Numbered from the stretch's first letter, positions 12,658-24,142 are shown. The stretch: 64,000 nucleotides of DNA from Paraspadella gotoi (GCA_051294375.1 CM119267.1:2635230-2699229), one strand, 5' to 3'. Numbers and translations are program-made. Notes: generated by a model from the sequence alone, not told the origin.

Positions 12658-14427
12658 TTCCCTTCCTTCCTTCCTTCCTTCCTTCCTTTCCTTCCTTCCT
12701 TCTTTTTCTTCCTTTCTTCCTTCCTTTCCTTCCTTTCCTTCCTTCCTAACCTTCCTTCCCTTCCTTTTCTTCCTTCCTTCCTTCCTTTCCTTCCTTCCTT
12801 CCTTCCTTCCTTCCTTCCTTCCTTCCTTCCTTCCTTCCTTCCTTCCTTCCTTTTCCTTCCTTCATTCCCTTCCTTCCTTCTTTCCTTTCCTTCCTTTCTT
12901 CCTTCCTTCCTTTCTTCCTTCCTACTCCTTCCCTTCCTTCCCTTCCTTCCCTTCCTTCCCTTCCTTCCTTCATTCCCTTCGTTCCTTTATTCCCTTCCTT
13001 CCTTCCTTTCCTACCCTTTCTTCCTTCCTTCCCTTCCTTCCTTCCTTTCTTCCTTCCTACCCTTCCCTTCCTTCCCTTCCTTCCTTCCATTTATTCTTTA
13101 ATTCTTTTTTCCCTTCCCTTCCTTCCCTTCCTTCCTTCCATTTATTCTTTAATTCTTTTTTTTTTTTTTCGTCCTTCCTTTCATTTTCCCCAGAGACCAA
13201 GTCATGTACTTTTCACGCACCTGATACTCGGCCATGGTGCTGCAATTCATGAGATATTCCCCAACGTTGTCGACGGGTTCGCTCATGATTACGACGTTGT
13301 CCAAGGCACCGTGCATCGCCGTCAAATAATCGGCGAATCCAGAAAATTCGATCGAGTAATTGTCCCACTCCTCGACGCCACCTTCGAAAAAAAAAGGTGA
13401 AATTATGGTGGTATATTCACATCGCCTCACGTCCACCATCCTTCAGCCAAATCCAGTGGCTCAGAGGGGGAAACACACAATCCACAGTCCTAACGACTTC
13501 CCTCTGCGTTGGCAAAGCGAGACCGCCCTAGGGTAACCGCGCCAGTGACTGGAGGCGTCACTGAGGGTCGGAAGCCCCCAAAGCCAACAGTGAGATGCCC
13601 CATTCCAGTGGGCTTCACAGGCAATCCGGCTGTTGCCATAAAATAAAATTTATGAAATAATCGTGCGGATTCTTTCAAAAGCGCTTTGTTTGAGATTAAA
13701 TTCATAATAATAAGCAAACCAAAAAAAAAAAGAAATAATAATAAAAGCGAAACATTAAGCGGACCCGGTTTGTCCTTAAGGGCGCCCATGCAGGAATCCT
13801 TGGACGTTTTGATGTTTGCGATGACCCTCGTCTTGAGGTGATCGGCCACGGCGGGCAACATTCCTTCATAGACGGTCACGTCGAGAGAGTTGAAGACGAT
13901 CTCTCCGATGTTGTTCATGATGACGTTGTCCTTGTGGGTGCGTGTGAAGTAATACAACACTCCGGTGAGAGGCTCTTTGGTTCCGTCAGTAACGAAGAGG
14001 TATTTCTTGGCCGGAGCTGTCGTCTCCGCTTCAGCGACTTGAAAAGTGGATAAAAAAAAAAACTGAGTTGGATGAAGTCAAATGATTTCATTGCTCGAGA
14101 AGGCATTGAAATCTTGGCCACTGAGTCATCAGTTCGAATCGTTTAAACGTAATGGAAATTGCAAAGAAGTGAAACGAAAAACTTCGGTTTTTATACATGC
14201 CAATGTGAGAAGTGAAATGTGAGAAGTAAGACGTGAGAAGCCGATATTTCTACATTTTGTTTTTCATCAGGTTCAAAGGGCAAAAACGAAACGAGGGACG
14301 GACTGACTGACCCTGTTTTCGAGGTCCTTTTTGAATCGGAAGTCCTTGATTCGCATAAGACGTTCGACGATCGTCCATCTGTAACGGGATCAAAATAATC
14401 TCTCTCTCTCTCTCCTCTCTCCTCTCT

Positions 14428-14485
<58 letters not shown>

Positions 14486-14956
14486 ATCAACCTGGTAATA
14501 AAAGGCGAGTCCCATTCTCCCTTGGCATAAGAAAACTCTCAATCAGTTCAATCTGCGCGTCGCCATCTTGATCTGAAGCGATGAGATCAGTGATGGCGCC
14601 GACCGTGAGGCCCGTCGCCTGTGTGGGATACGTTTGTGTGTGTGTGTGGGTCAGGGGGGGGTTTTCGTAAGCGATGGGGTTGTATTCGAAGAGGCTGAGA
14701 TTTGACGTCTTAAAAATCACAATCTCACAATCACAATCTCACATCTCACAATCTACGTAATCTCCAAAGTTACCATTAATAATAATAATAAATAATAATA
14801 ATTAAAAAAAATAAATATGTCTTCGCATTCACTTGTGAAAGATAGAAGAAAAGATGTTGAATCTCCTGCTTCGCCATTTGCAATTTGCGTTCGTCTTTTT
14901 TTTCTTTGGCCGCTTGTTGCATCGCTTTCATCGCTTCCTTGTCCAACACTCCTAAG

Positions 14957-15015
<59 letters not shown>

Positions 15016-15673
15016 TTGTTAAAAGACGAATAAAGGCATTATCTCACTCTCCCGTAGAACACGCATAGAAAGGATTACGGATCCTTATTTCCAGAAAGCA
15101 AAGACAACTTCCACGCCCACTGTGATCCTTGCCAATTTCTATGAGTGTTCAACGGGAGAGCGAGTTCACGCCTTTATTCATTCAGAACGGATTATGAACA
15201 GCGTGAAGAGAAAGAATTCTTGAGACTTACCTTTAGACTTAACTTTCTCGGCGTTGATGTTTAATGTGAAGGGTGAGTCCGCTCTGTTCAAGTTGTGACC
15301 CAAAAAATGATGGTCGCTTCTTTCTCTTCTTTCCCTCCGATTGAGTGAATTTTGAGGGAAATTCTGAAATATATATATAATATATATATAGTATATTATA
15401 ATAAGATATTAAGTCTCTTATGAAATTATCGTTACTTCCATTCTCGGGGAGCGGCTAATCTATGGTCTGAATAATATGAAAACTTAAATGTGATCTTCTC
15501 AAATCACTTAGCAACTTTCTAACCGATAACCTAAAATCTAAAAACTCACCTAATTTTGAATTTACACACAAATGCTGAGGGGTGGCTTCATCAATTTTAA
15601 ATCATTGGTCACTGAGGTCCTGACTAATAAGCGCTTTTACCTGGTTAACCTGCGACTTGTCCTGGCGATCCAT
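39..15673 (-). CDS. Axonemal outer-arm dynein heavy chain, DNAH5/DNAH8-like, 5' portion (N-terminal tail); continues beyond position 1
   Basis: Exons with splice phases checked by hand: 15641-15673 and 15231-15363 (putative first exons), 14833-14951, 14492-14618 (1-nt frameshift), 14312-14378, 13765-14037, 13221-13381, 11971-12227, 11530-11589, 11014-11077, 10765-10944, 8734-10044, ~8023-8250, 7397-7614, degraded exons ~6785-7040, ~6400-6730 and ~2095-2510, and 39-581. Peptides GPLTELEYW, NESKDN.RFLYSLE, TSERMTSLFIKVTNQ, FSEMYIFGKF and NLDDVRAAMAAL match my recollection of DNAH5/8 tail motifs. Confidence 0.9.
595..962. repeat. Purine-rich minisatellite (~117-bp units) in a dynein intron
   Basis: Repeated GAAAGACAAAGAGAAAGGGG...GGGGAAATACAAAAAGAAGAG blocks. 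Confidence 0.8.
965..1930. repeat. AATTGTC-based satellite whose orientation flips across the 25-N gap
   Basis: AATTGTCGTTTTCT units at 965-1155 and noisy AGAAAACGACAATT units at 1260-1930. Confidence 0.75.
8734..10044 (-). CDS. Largest dynein heavy chain exon (437 codons), with a low-complexity insertion
   Basis: CAG acceptor, GTGAG donor, phase 0/0; encodes EFSEMYIFGKFRAFCERL...PPIARTQLPFSGTVSWARSL...APLLVRDPDTNEALINFD. Confidence 0.92.
11151..11484 (-). mobile_element. HINE/DINE-like element (related pieces at ~2600-2835, ~30945-31010, ~34210-34260)
   Basis: AACAAGAAC end, inverted TGCGCCG/CGGCGCA subterminal motif, (GACC/GACA)n tract and A-run flanks. Confidence 0.45.
12340..13140. repeat. 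(CCTT)n/(CTTT)n polypyrimidine tract
   Basis: About 800 bp of almost pure C/T. Confidence 0.95.
13406..13640 (+). mobile_element. Family A ~240-nt structured, twister-bearing interspersed repeat (in a dynein intron, antisense to the gene)
   Basis: Close reverse-complement copy at 24809-25062 with the same ends; an A-rich tail follows 13640. Confidence 0.75.
13508..13588 (+). ncRNA. Twister ribozyme, type P5 (repeat family A, copy 1)
   Basis: P5 GTTGGC/GCCAAC; P2 (C)CGC/GCG(A); GA; T1 CCG/CGG; palindromic P1 CCCTAGGG; U^AA at 13534-13536; T2 GC/GC; P3 CAGTGAC/GTCACTG; P4 GGG/CCC around loop TCGGAAGC. Confidence 0.8.
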
Positions 15674-16159
15674 TTCGTCAGTTAAAAGTTACACCAAAGT
15701 ATTATTACTACTAAATTGAATGCAATATTCAGCTAAATTAATGTATTACTCTACGGAATTATACTGCTAGAAAAACTATCGACGTAAAACAAAGATTTTT
15801 TAACTTTTTTTCGTTTCGTTACGATTAAAAAAATTTGTTGGGAATTTTTTTTTAATTTCTTGGGTTTGATGTCGAAGTAAAGTGGGATTCTATTCGTTCG
15901 TTTACGCTTTTGTTTCGCTAAATTCTGCGTTGGTCCGGTCGCACTCGTTCGGGCATTTGTCGTGGATGGCGTAAGATTCGATGCTTAATACGTTTAAACT
16001 GGTAATTTAGCTACTATGTATAATTGAATTGACTACCTCTTTTGAAACCAAAAAAAAAAATTCAATTAAAACTAAGTAATAGGTGGTACAATATATTTTT
16101 TTTTTAATTATATGACGGCGACGAAAGAAAAAGTGACGTCTACGTCATCATCATCATCA

Positions 16160-18101
16160 TCAACAACACTTTTTTCGCCTCGATCTGGACAACTCCATCA
16201 ACGGGTCCTCGAGACTGATTCGCCGAAGATCTGCCTCCATCCGCGACTCCACTCGCTCCAGCCTCTCCATCACTTTATCCAGAAGGAACTGCATTGGGGT
16301 TTTAATTGAATTGAATTAATTAATTTTAAATTAAATTTAATTAATTAATTACGTTAGTAGTTATTCAATTGTCTACGCAAAGTACTCAACTTGTTCTTTT
16401 ACACAAAAAGCCTTTACGAAATTGATACAACCAATATAAAAAAATATCCATTCATTTAATATATAATCTATCTTGCCCCTTATGTTAGTGCTCATGATAA
16501 AAATCTGACTATTTTTTTAATTTATCATATTTTTTTTTATATTAAAGAACTGTTAGTTTAGTTTAAACTGTCCAAAGTCAAAAGCATTTATTGAATGATA
16601 GATGATTCAATTCAATTCATATTTCATAAATAGGCGAGAGAAACAACCATCTCGATAAAACCTGAATGGAATCGTCGACCATGAGACCAAATTTCGCCGA
16701 GGTTTCTATCCATCCATCGAATCCCGCGCTGCTCACTAAGTCTTCGATGCTGTTCAGGTCGATAGACCTTAATAGGGGGAAAAATGATTATCATTTTTTA
16801 TGAACAATATTACGTAAGAAGCTTATTAGCTTAATGAAATACATTCGTAAAATCCGTCTCGATTAATCTAGGGGTGTGGCGAATCTTAAATTAGGCTCTC
16901 GTATAACGAGGACAACTAATTTACTCGCTAACCCATCATGAATTCCGGGTTCAATCCCTTCAAGGTCACTGTTAGTCAAAAGTGACGGTTCTAAGATTAA
17001 AATACCCCTGAAATGCGCCGTCTCTACTGGTTTCAAAGCCATGGGGCCCCTGGGCGTCAGCTGTCGCCCATTCTTCACACCCCGGGCATCAACTCCCCCC
17101 GTTCTCGTAGGTGTACAACCAAAGAGAAATATTTCAATTTGTCATTTGCCTTTTTTCGGAATCGAGATCACATTTGTTCGCCAGAAGTAAGACAGGAATT
17201 GGATCACCGTTTCCAAGAGCACATTTTGTGTCTACGTCTCTCTTCCACTTCAACTGAGAAAAAAAAAACCAAAACAAATTATATAGAGTCACCAAAAAAA
17301 GCTAAAAAAATTTAAATTTGAAAAAAAAGAAGCAAAAACCAACGGAATTTTGGAATGAAGTTTTGTTGCTGAGATCGAAAAGAATCAAACAACCAACGGC
17401 GTCCTGAAGAAAAAAAAACAAATCAGAATCAATGCAACGCAATGCAATGCAACGCGACGCGGTGATGAGCGGCTGCCCCGTCGACTATACCTCACCTTGA
17501 AATAAACCCTCGTCATCGAGGTGAACCTTTCCTGACCGGAAATGTCCCAAAGCTGAACCTTTAAAGTCAGATCTTCAGAGTATTTGATGACCTTCAGACC
17601 GAAGTCAACTCCCATCGTGGGTTTGTAGCTTTGGAAATCTCCGTGAATATAGCTGTCAGGTTATAGGAGAGAGTATTTCTTATGAAATTGATACAACCAA
17701 TAAAGAAATTATCTATCTTGTCCCTGACTTTGGACAGTCAATGGTATGTTTAGGCCTTCATCATTTTGATAAGATAATGACATAGCAGGAAATCAAAACT
17801 CTCTTAAAGTCTACTTTATTCGTTCCCAAAGTACCTGGCTTCCCTATCAATCAAAAAGTATTTCAATTGTAAATAAATAAATATGTATTCAAATATAAAA
17901 GGACCACTCCCTTAAGTATTCGATCGGGGAATAGTATAACGTATTCCGCACTAGCATCAAATAGAAAAAAAGAGAATAAAATAGTAATCTTAATAAAGCC
18001 CCTCCTCCCCTTAAAACAAACGCCGACCGTTGAACGAAAGAGGTCTTTCCCGTCATGATGTCGCCGATGACGATGATTTTGATAATTTGTTCCGACGGCA
18101 T
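16160..18101 (-). CDS. Rab GTPase of the Rab32/38/29 group, most like Rab29 (Rab7L1); 209 aa
   Basis: Exons 18028-18101, 17496-17652, 17344-17403, 17150-17253, 16662-16767 and 16160-16288 splice in frame. Motifs GDIMTGKTS, GVDF, WDISGQERFTSMTR, LLANKCD, ETSAK and a C-terminal KKCC prenylation signal. FTSMTR rather than FGNMTR points to Rab29. Confidence 0.88.
17681..17965 (-). mobile_element. Family B repeat copy in Rab intron 1
   Basis: Colinear with 25074-25385 (tatgaaattgatacaaccaat ... gaccactcccttaagtatt ... agcatcaaa). Confidence 0.7.
17713..17777 (-). ncRNA. Degenerate type-P5 twister (family B) in Rab intron 1
   Basis: Keeps loop TCCAAAGT, TAA, AC, GA and most of P5; T1 (TGA) and P4 carry mismatches. 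Confidence 0.5.
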
Positions 18102-19178
18102 AATAACAAAAAGACGAGTACAGTCTGCACAGAAATAACGAATTGATTTTCGCCGAATTAGTTTACAAACATCCCGTTCAGAATACAGTTCGAAGTTCAT
18201 TTCTTAATCTTTTTATCTATTTAATCGGGTTTTTTTTTTTTTTTTTTTTTTGTTGTCCTTCTATTTTCCGATTAGCTGTTTTTAAATTTTATATTATATT
18301 CCTTCACAAGATAATATCATTAAAATATTGACGTAAACTATGACTGGAAATCTATAAAAATAAAACTCGGCTATACCGGCGTTCTGTCAGACATAATAAA
18401 TATGTCGGGGATAATTCAGATCTTTCGTGGAAGTTGTCACTAAGTAGAGAAGCCGACTCCGACCTTTAATCGTAATTATTGTTTGTCTTTTGTCATTATA
18501 TTTTAGTTTTCAGTTTCTCCGCCTTCACTTTTCAACTTGACTTTCTCTTTCTCTTTCTGATGTGAACTCATCGTAATAAAAGGTAGGGAATCGTTTAGAG
18601 ATCCGCAGCGGCAGGAGGACGACGTCAGCCAATCAGAAGGCTTCGATCGATGACGTGATGACGATTCGAGAGTCTGATTGGCCGAGCACCGCTCCGCCGC
18701 TGCCGAGAAGGTGTGCATCATCATCTGTTGCGCAGGATGCTGCGGCTGCTGGATGAAAACAGGAAATGTCTCTTCGAGTTCGACTTGGTTGGCGTTGTCG
18801 CTCGCTCGACTTACCTTGCACCCCGTCGAATGCGAAGCGGGTGTGTCCAACTAGGTTTCGCTCTCTCTCGCGAGAGCGACGAAATACTTGAGACTAACTA
18901 CCAAATCTTTTCGTCCAAAAAATATGAATGCGGGAGTGAAGGTCTTGAACTTTGACCTCTTTTGGGTCAAGAGATGGGGTCGCATGATTTTGTGATCAAA
19001 GGATTTTTGACTGAATTTCTCAGGTGAGATTTTTGTCGTTTATAATTCTCACCTTGACCTTTCTTATCCCGGATCGACAACACCTTCAACATTCTTACCT
19101 ACCTCCGATCAACAGCCCTGACTTTTTATCTTTCCGACCCCCTATTTTCAATCCTTAGTTCCCGAAACGCAACCTACC

Positions 19179-21753
19179 ATGACTCTGACTGTGCCCGTCA
19201 CTCACTGGACGGACGTCTTCGCCTATCACCGATTCTGGTCCATCTTCCTCGGAATGTTAAACGTCCTTTGTTGGTCTTACTACAACGTCCTCGTCGACCT
19301 CACCAAGGTAACGCAGTTAACTAGTAATGCTACTTATTACTTATCACATAATGTGTGCTATTAATCAACGAAGATATTAAAAAATAAAAAATAAATAAAA
19401 AATATTAAAAAATATTAAAAAATTGAAAGGCTTGTACTAAAGCCGAACAATGCCCGTTTTTGAAAAATAAAAATTCGTTGTTTGTAAACATTAAAAAAAG
19501 CCTCTGCCTCTTAAGTTGTAGCCCGTAATACAATTTACAAGAGCTATCTACAAAGGGACAAAGGCAAATTACCAATTCGGAAATCAGATTCTTACTTTAG
19601 ATTCCCTTGCACTGCGTAGCACTAAACTTTTAATCCCTTTTTAAACCGTGAGGTCTTCAACAACGGCGTGATCCTTCTCTCTTGCGTTTGCCTCAATCTG
19701 GTGGGAGTCACTCCTCTGCTCTACTTCACTCGGGATAATCTCAACTTGCGCGGAAAGCTGCAGTATTTATGGTGCAGCTGCTTCGGTCTTTTCGACGTTT
19801 TTCTCATTCTTCTTATGTCCTACGCTTTTCAGCATGCGCCCATTGGAGACGCCGCCTGCCTCTTTGCACTGAGGGTCGTGTGGACTCCGGCCGTCGAGGT
19901 TCGTCAAAAAGTTTCCTCCTTTTTATATAGTGATATTTGGTGCCTAATAATTTATATCTAAATATATGTATATAATACGTACATAGTATATATTTGTAGT
20001 TTGAACATCCTATATATATATAAAACGCACCAAAATATTTTATAGTTTTTATTTTTAAGTTCTATAAGCAAAATTTCATTTTTATTTAAACTTTAGCATT
20101 GTCAGCTAATTCCAGGCTTCTCGATTTCCAGGCTGTCTTAAAGCGACGCTGCATTCCAGTCTCACAAGCTTTGACGATCCTCTTCAGCCTCGTCGGCGCA
20201 GTCCTCATAACCCAACCAAATTTTTTGTTCCACCGTTCCGACCACGATCCAACTCAATACCCACTGCTTTATCGAGCCTACGGGTTCGCCTTTGTCGCCG
20301 GTGTCCTCGCCGGCTTGCAGTACATCTTTCTGGGGTTTTGTCCCAACGTTCACTGGTCCGTTTGGCAGGTAAGGAGGAAGAGAAAAGCATGGGGGGGAAT
20401 GATTTAGAGAGAGAGAAAGAGAGAAGCAAAAAGACTTAAGATATACTACATAGAGAGAAAGGTGCTCAAGAATTTGTGTTCGGAGGAAAGGAGATTGAAT
20501 ATCACTTTTCACCCTGACTTTTCTCTCTACCCTGCGATGTATCTATTTTGATTTTTTTGATAATTTCAAAATGTGTAAAGAATTAGAGAGAGTGAGACCA
20601 CTTTACCACAAAAGGTCCCTTGTTTGTCCACCTAAGCTCTTTTAGGGTTAGAAAATGATTTTGTATGGGGAGACGTGTGTGATCCCTTGGTTGTGAAGTA
20701 CGGGAGGCGAATTTAGGATTCGCCACTCCTTCATGAAAGATTAAAATGTATGGTGTGGACGAACAATTACAACACGCAACCTCGGTCAAAACCGAACTTA
20801 CCAACCTTACCCTCAAACGTTTTCCCTTATTCTTTTTGTGGTCAAACTTTGACCTTGTAAATACCCATTGTTATAGACTTAGCATCTGAGCTTTTTGCCT
20901 GTTATTGTTATTAACCTTATTGAAGAATAAATTCATTCTTACTCTGAAACTTGTTGCGTCCACAATGGTTTGAATTAAACCGCGCTTAATCCGTAAAAAA
21001 AAACGGTACATATGTCTCTCCAACTTTTCATCGCATAACAGGTGGCCATCGTTCCCGTGGGCATCGTTGTGGCGCCGATCAACTACTTTGCCGAAAACGG
21101 ACTCGCTTACCCACGCGACTACACTGGACTCGAGGTATTTTCCGTTTTCCTCGTCGCCGTCATGGACATCCTCGGTCGGGCGTGTCGAACGTGCGCCGTG
21201 CAGGAGCACACGGCCTCGACGGTCGCGTTGGTGTCCACGCTGGAGATCCCCTTCTCTTACTTTTGGGGTTGGGTCTACGCCGGCGAGAGGCTGCACACTC
21301 TGCAGATGATCGGGGCCCTGCTCGTCATGGTGTCCATAGTCATTCTCTCGATTCCTTGGAAGAAGAAACCAACCGAAGAGAGACTAATAAGGTACGAATA
21401 TTTTTAAGCTAAAGGGTTTAACTATTCTCGTTGAGATCGTTATTTTTTTCGTTCGTTCCTTTCTCGAGGATAATCGAAATTTAGAATTAAAAAAAGAAAG
21501 CAGAAAAGCTGTAAAATTTTCATCAACTCTTCATCTTTCTCGATATTCCGAGTTTGACAATAAACTTCATACAGTGCATAGTGTATACTGTGTAATGTGC
21601 ATACGGTTTTACTAAATTAGAAATAAAAAATTCCGTTCATCTCCCCAACATTTTAGTTTTGAGGAAGAGCTGGAAAGACTTCACGACATAACTGAAGAAA
21701 CTGCAGAACTTTTGACGGCTTCCGATTCCGAAGAACAAAATCCTATCATTTAA
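19179..21753 (+). CDS. SLC35G-like EamA/DMT-family multi-pass membrane transporter (~352 aa)
   Basis: Exons 19179-19307, 19653-19898, 20132-20368, 21042-21391 and 21657-21753 splice in frame. Multiple hydrophobic helices; YAFQHAPIGDAA, SLVGAVLITQP and STLEIPFSYFW...GERL..LQMIGALLV are typical EamA repeat motifs. Confidence 0.82.
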
Positions 21754-22265
21754 CATAATTTTTAAAATCTTTTCATGGGTAAACCGTTTTATGCTTTCAG
21801 ATAAAATATTTATAATTGTGATGGATTTTAGATTATTAACTAATATACTGGTCAGTCCGACGAGGGAGTTTTGAGGTTATATATGTGATATTTTTTTTTA
21901 CAAAGATTTTTTCCCGTTTTAAGATAATTTTTTTGTAAAGAAAAAAACAAACAACGCAAATTCAATAAGTTGACAGTCTGGTTACAATCGGATTGGACTA
22001 GTATATATAAATTGAATTATTAGGATAAATGTAATTTTGTGGTTCGCTGGGTAAAATTCTGGAATTCTTTTGTCAGCTTTACCATTGATTGTCATTGCAG
22101 TCTCTTTTGCACTTAGTATTGTGGTATGTTTATTTTGATAATATTCACCCCCATGCATGCCAGATTCCTTTTCTTTAATCGGATACGGATAATATGACTA
22201 ACCAAGATGGCAATTTAGTAAACAAAAGTTTTATCTTATCATCTTATCTTTTTTTCCTCATTCAG

Positions 22266-22491
22266 CACCATGTCGGCGGCGGAAGCCTCCTTCAGTTCTA
22301 CCCAAGAATCGGTCCGGACGTTTCCCCAAGCGGCTCAATCGATGCCCCGGATGGCGCTGCCCCTGCCCCCGGCAGCCATCGCGCGTCTGAGCGTCGATGA
22401 GGCCGACGATGACCTCCAGGGGATCGTCGAGGCTGACGAGTTGCAGCAAAGTGTCGTCGGTGCGGCGGACATTACGGATCAGCATCTCTGA
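22266..22491 (+). CDS. Probable alternative terminal exon of the SLC35G-like gene, or an independent 73-aa ORF
   Basis: Strong acceptor ttttttcctcattcag at 22265 and a GC-rich ORF; phase-2 compatible with the donor at 21391 (AG|C ACC ATG). Confidence 0.55.
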
Positions 22492-24103
22492 CCGAAATTG
22501 TTCGACTGATTTTCCGTCCTTTGCCGGATTAATTCTTGGCGATTAATGAAATTAGTTGCAACCAATTGTTTTAGCACAATAAATCCACGTCGATCGAAGA
22601 CCCACCGAAATTTATACGCTAATTGTAATACCTTATTTAATATTTTTTTTTGAGTCATTTATCTCAATTTTCATACATTTTCAAACGTTTTCGCACACAT
22701 CGTTTTGAAATTTTGTCTCACGCTGTTTGTTTATTACAAGTATATTTTCATGTTGCTTTTAGTAATCGCTAAAACAATAATGAAACGAACCTTCTTTGTT
22801 AATAAATCATTGTAAAATTCGAGAAAAAAAAACGGGATAGACACTTCTAACCTATTTTTCAGCAAGTTTTGGATATCTTTTGGCATCATCATAGCAATGA
22901 CCAGAGTCTAGTAGATCCATATAATAGCGAGCAATGAATATCAGTGAGCTTTTGGTAACCCTCGTCACAAAGATTTAAGTCCTTGGTTTCATTTTAATTT
23001 AAATTACTTAAAAAGCAATAACAAAGACAAACAAAATGATATTACGTTAAAACAAACGTATTACATATAACAATATATACAACGATAATAAAACGACGAT
23101 AGACTTAAAGCATAACAATGTTAAAACGTGATAATAATAATCGGTTTTGACGTCGGTGAAAGAGAAAGATAAAAACATAATTTTCGGTTATGGCTGGAAA
23201 TTCGAGTGAGTAAATTTTCACAATATAAGGAGAAGTCAGACGACGACGACTGAGGCTTCACAGTAGTTCGGTGAACGGTATCTTATATAAGGGTTATCCA
23301 ACATCCAAATGAATGTCGATTCGAGTCGCCAAAAGCTTTCACTTTGATTATAAAAGGCAAGTTTTTTAGAACCATTTGAGTTTGATCAAGGGTTTAATCA
23401 AGCATACCAGGATCGTTATTATTAGTCAACTGCTAATTTATTATTTCTATATATACATATACTTATATATATACTTATTATTATATTTTATTTTTATACC
23501 ATAAATGTTACAGAAATGGTTATGGACCACTTGTGTATTCGCTCTCATGTTTCGGGTCTCGACTCGAATGCCACGTTTCCATGACAACCTGGACGCTTTC
23601 GTATGCAACTTTGGTTTGAAGAATGCTTTTTTTTATTAGTGAAATTGGAGAAAAAAAAACAACAGACTTGTGTCTTTATTAAATTAATCACATAATTTGC
23701 TCCCTTTTTCTCTCAATTCTAATGACTGACCGACCCATTTTTTCAATCTTTCCAGCTAATCCTCATCTGACTGTTTCATAACAAATGCGTTTGTTCTTAG
23801 TTCTTAGCTTAACAAGTACTTTTTTAGCTTGCCGGTTTGAAAAACTGAAAATCATCTCTAGTGATTGGCTCATATTTTCTCTTTATAAAATAAATTTGTG
23901 TTAAGCCTATAAATAGTATAAATACGTAAATACCTACTACAAATAAAAAAAACCTAATATTGACTCAATATTATTGAGCGAAATTTGGTTATCGGCGATT
24001 TCGTCCTAACAACCCTGGGACAATTCTAAATTAAAAAATACATTTCGTGCTTCTTAGTATGGACTCTCTCTCCTCTCTCTCTCTCTCTCTCCTCTCTCTC
24101 TTC

Positions 24104-24142
<39 letters not shown>

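Noticed and set aside
13406-13640. Local resemblance of family A to 5S rRNA (GAGACCGCC) or SRP RNA (GGTCGGAA)
   Set aside because: The matches are short and out of order; the twister fold explains the same bases completely.
14235-14275. CTGATGA...GAAA on the minus strand resembling a hammerhead core (other CTGATGA hits near 7245, 41242 and 62285)
   Set aside because: No credible stems I, II or III.
15548-15673. In-frame TGA in a longer version of the first dynein exon, suggesting recoding
   Set aside because: A GT donor at 15640, upstream of the TGA, gives a clean phase-0 splice, and the Rab and CCDC92 genes use TGA as a normal stop.
19504-19522. Other T-NNN-AA-GY twister-loop-like hairpins (also near 49895-49915)
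   Set aside because: No matching GA-T1', T2 or UAA partners were found.
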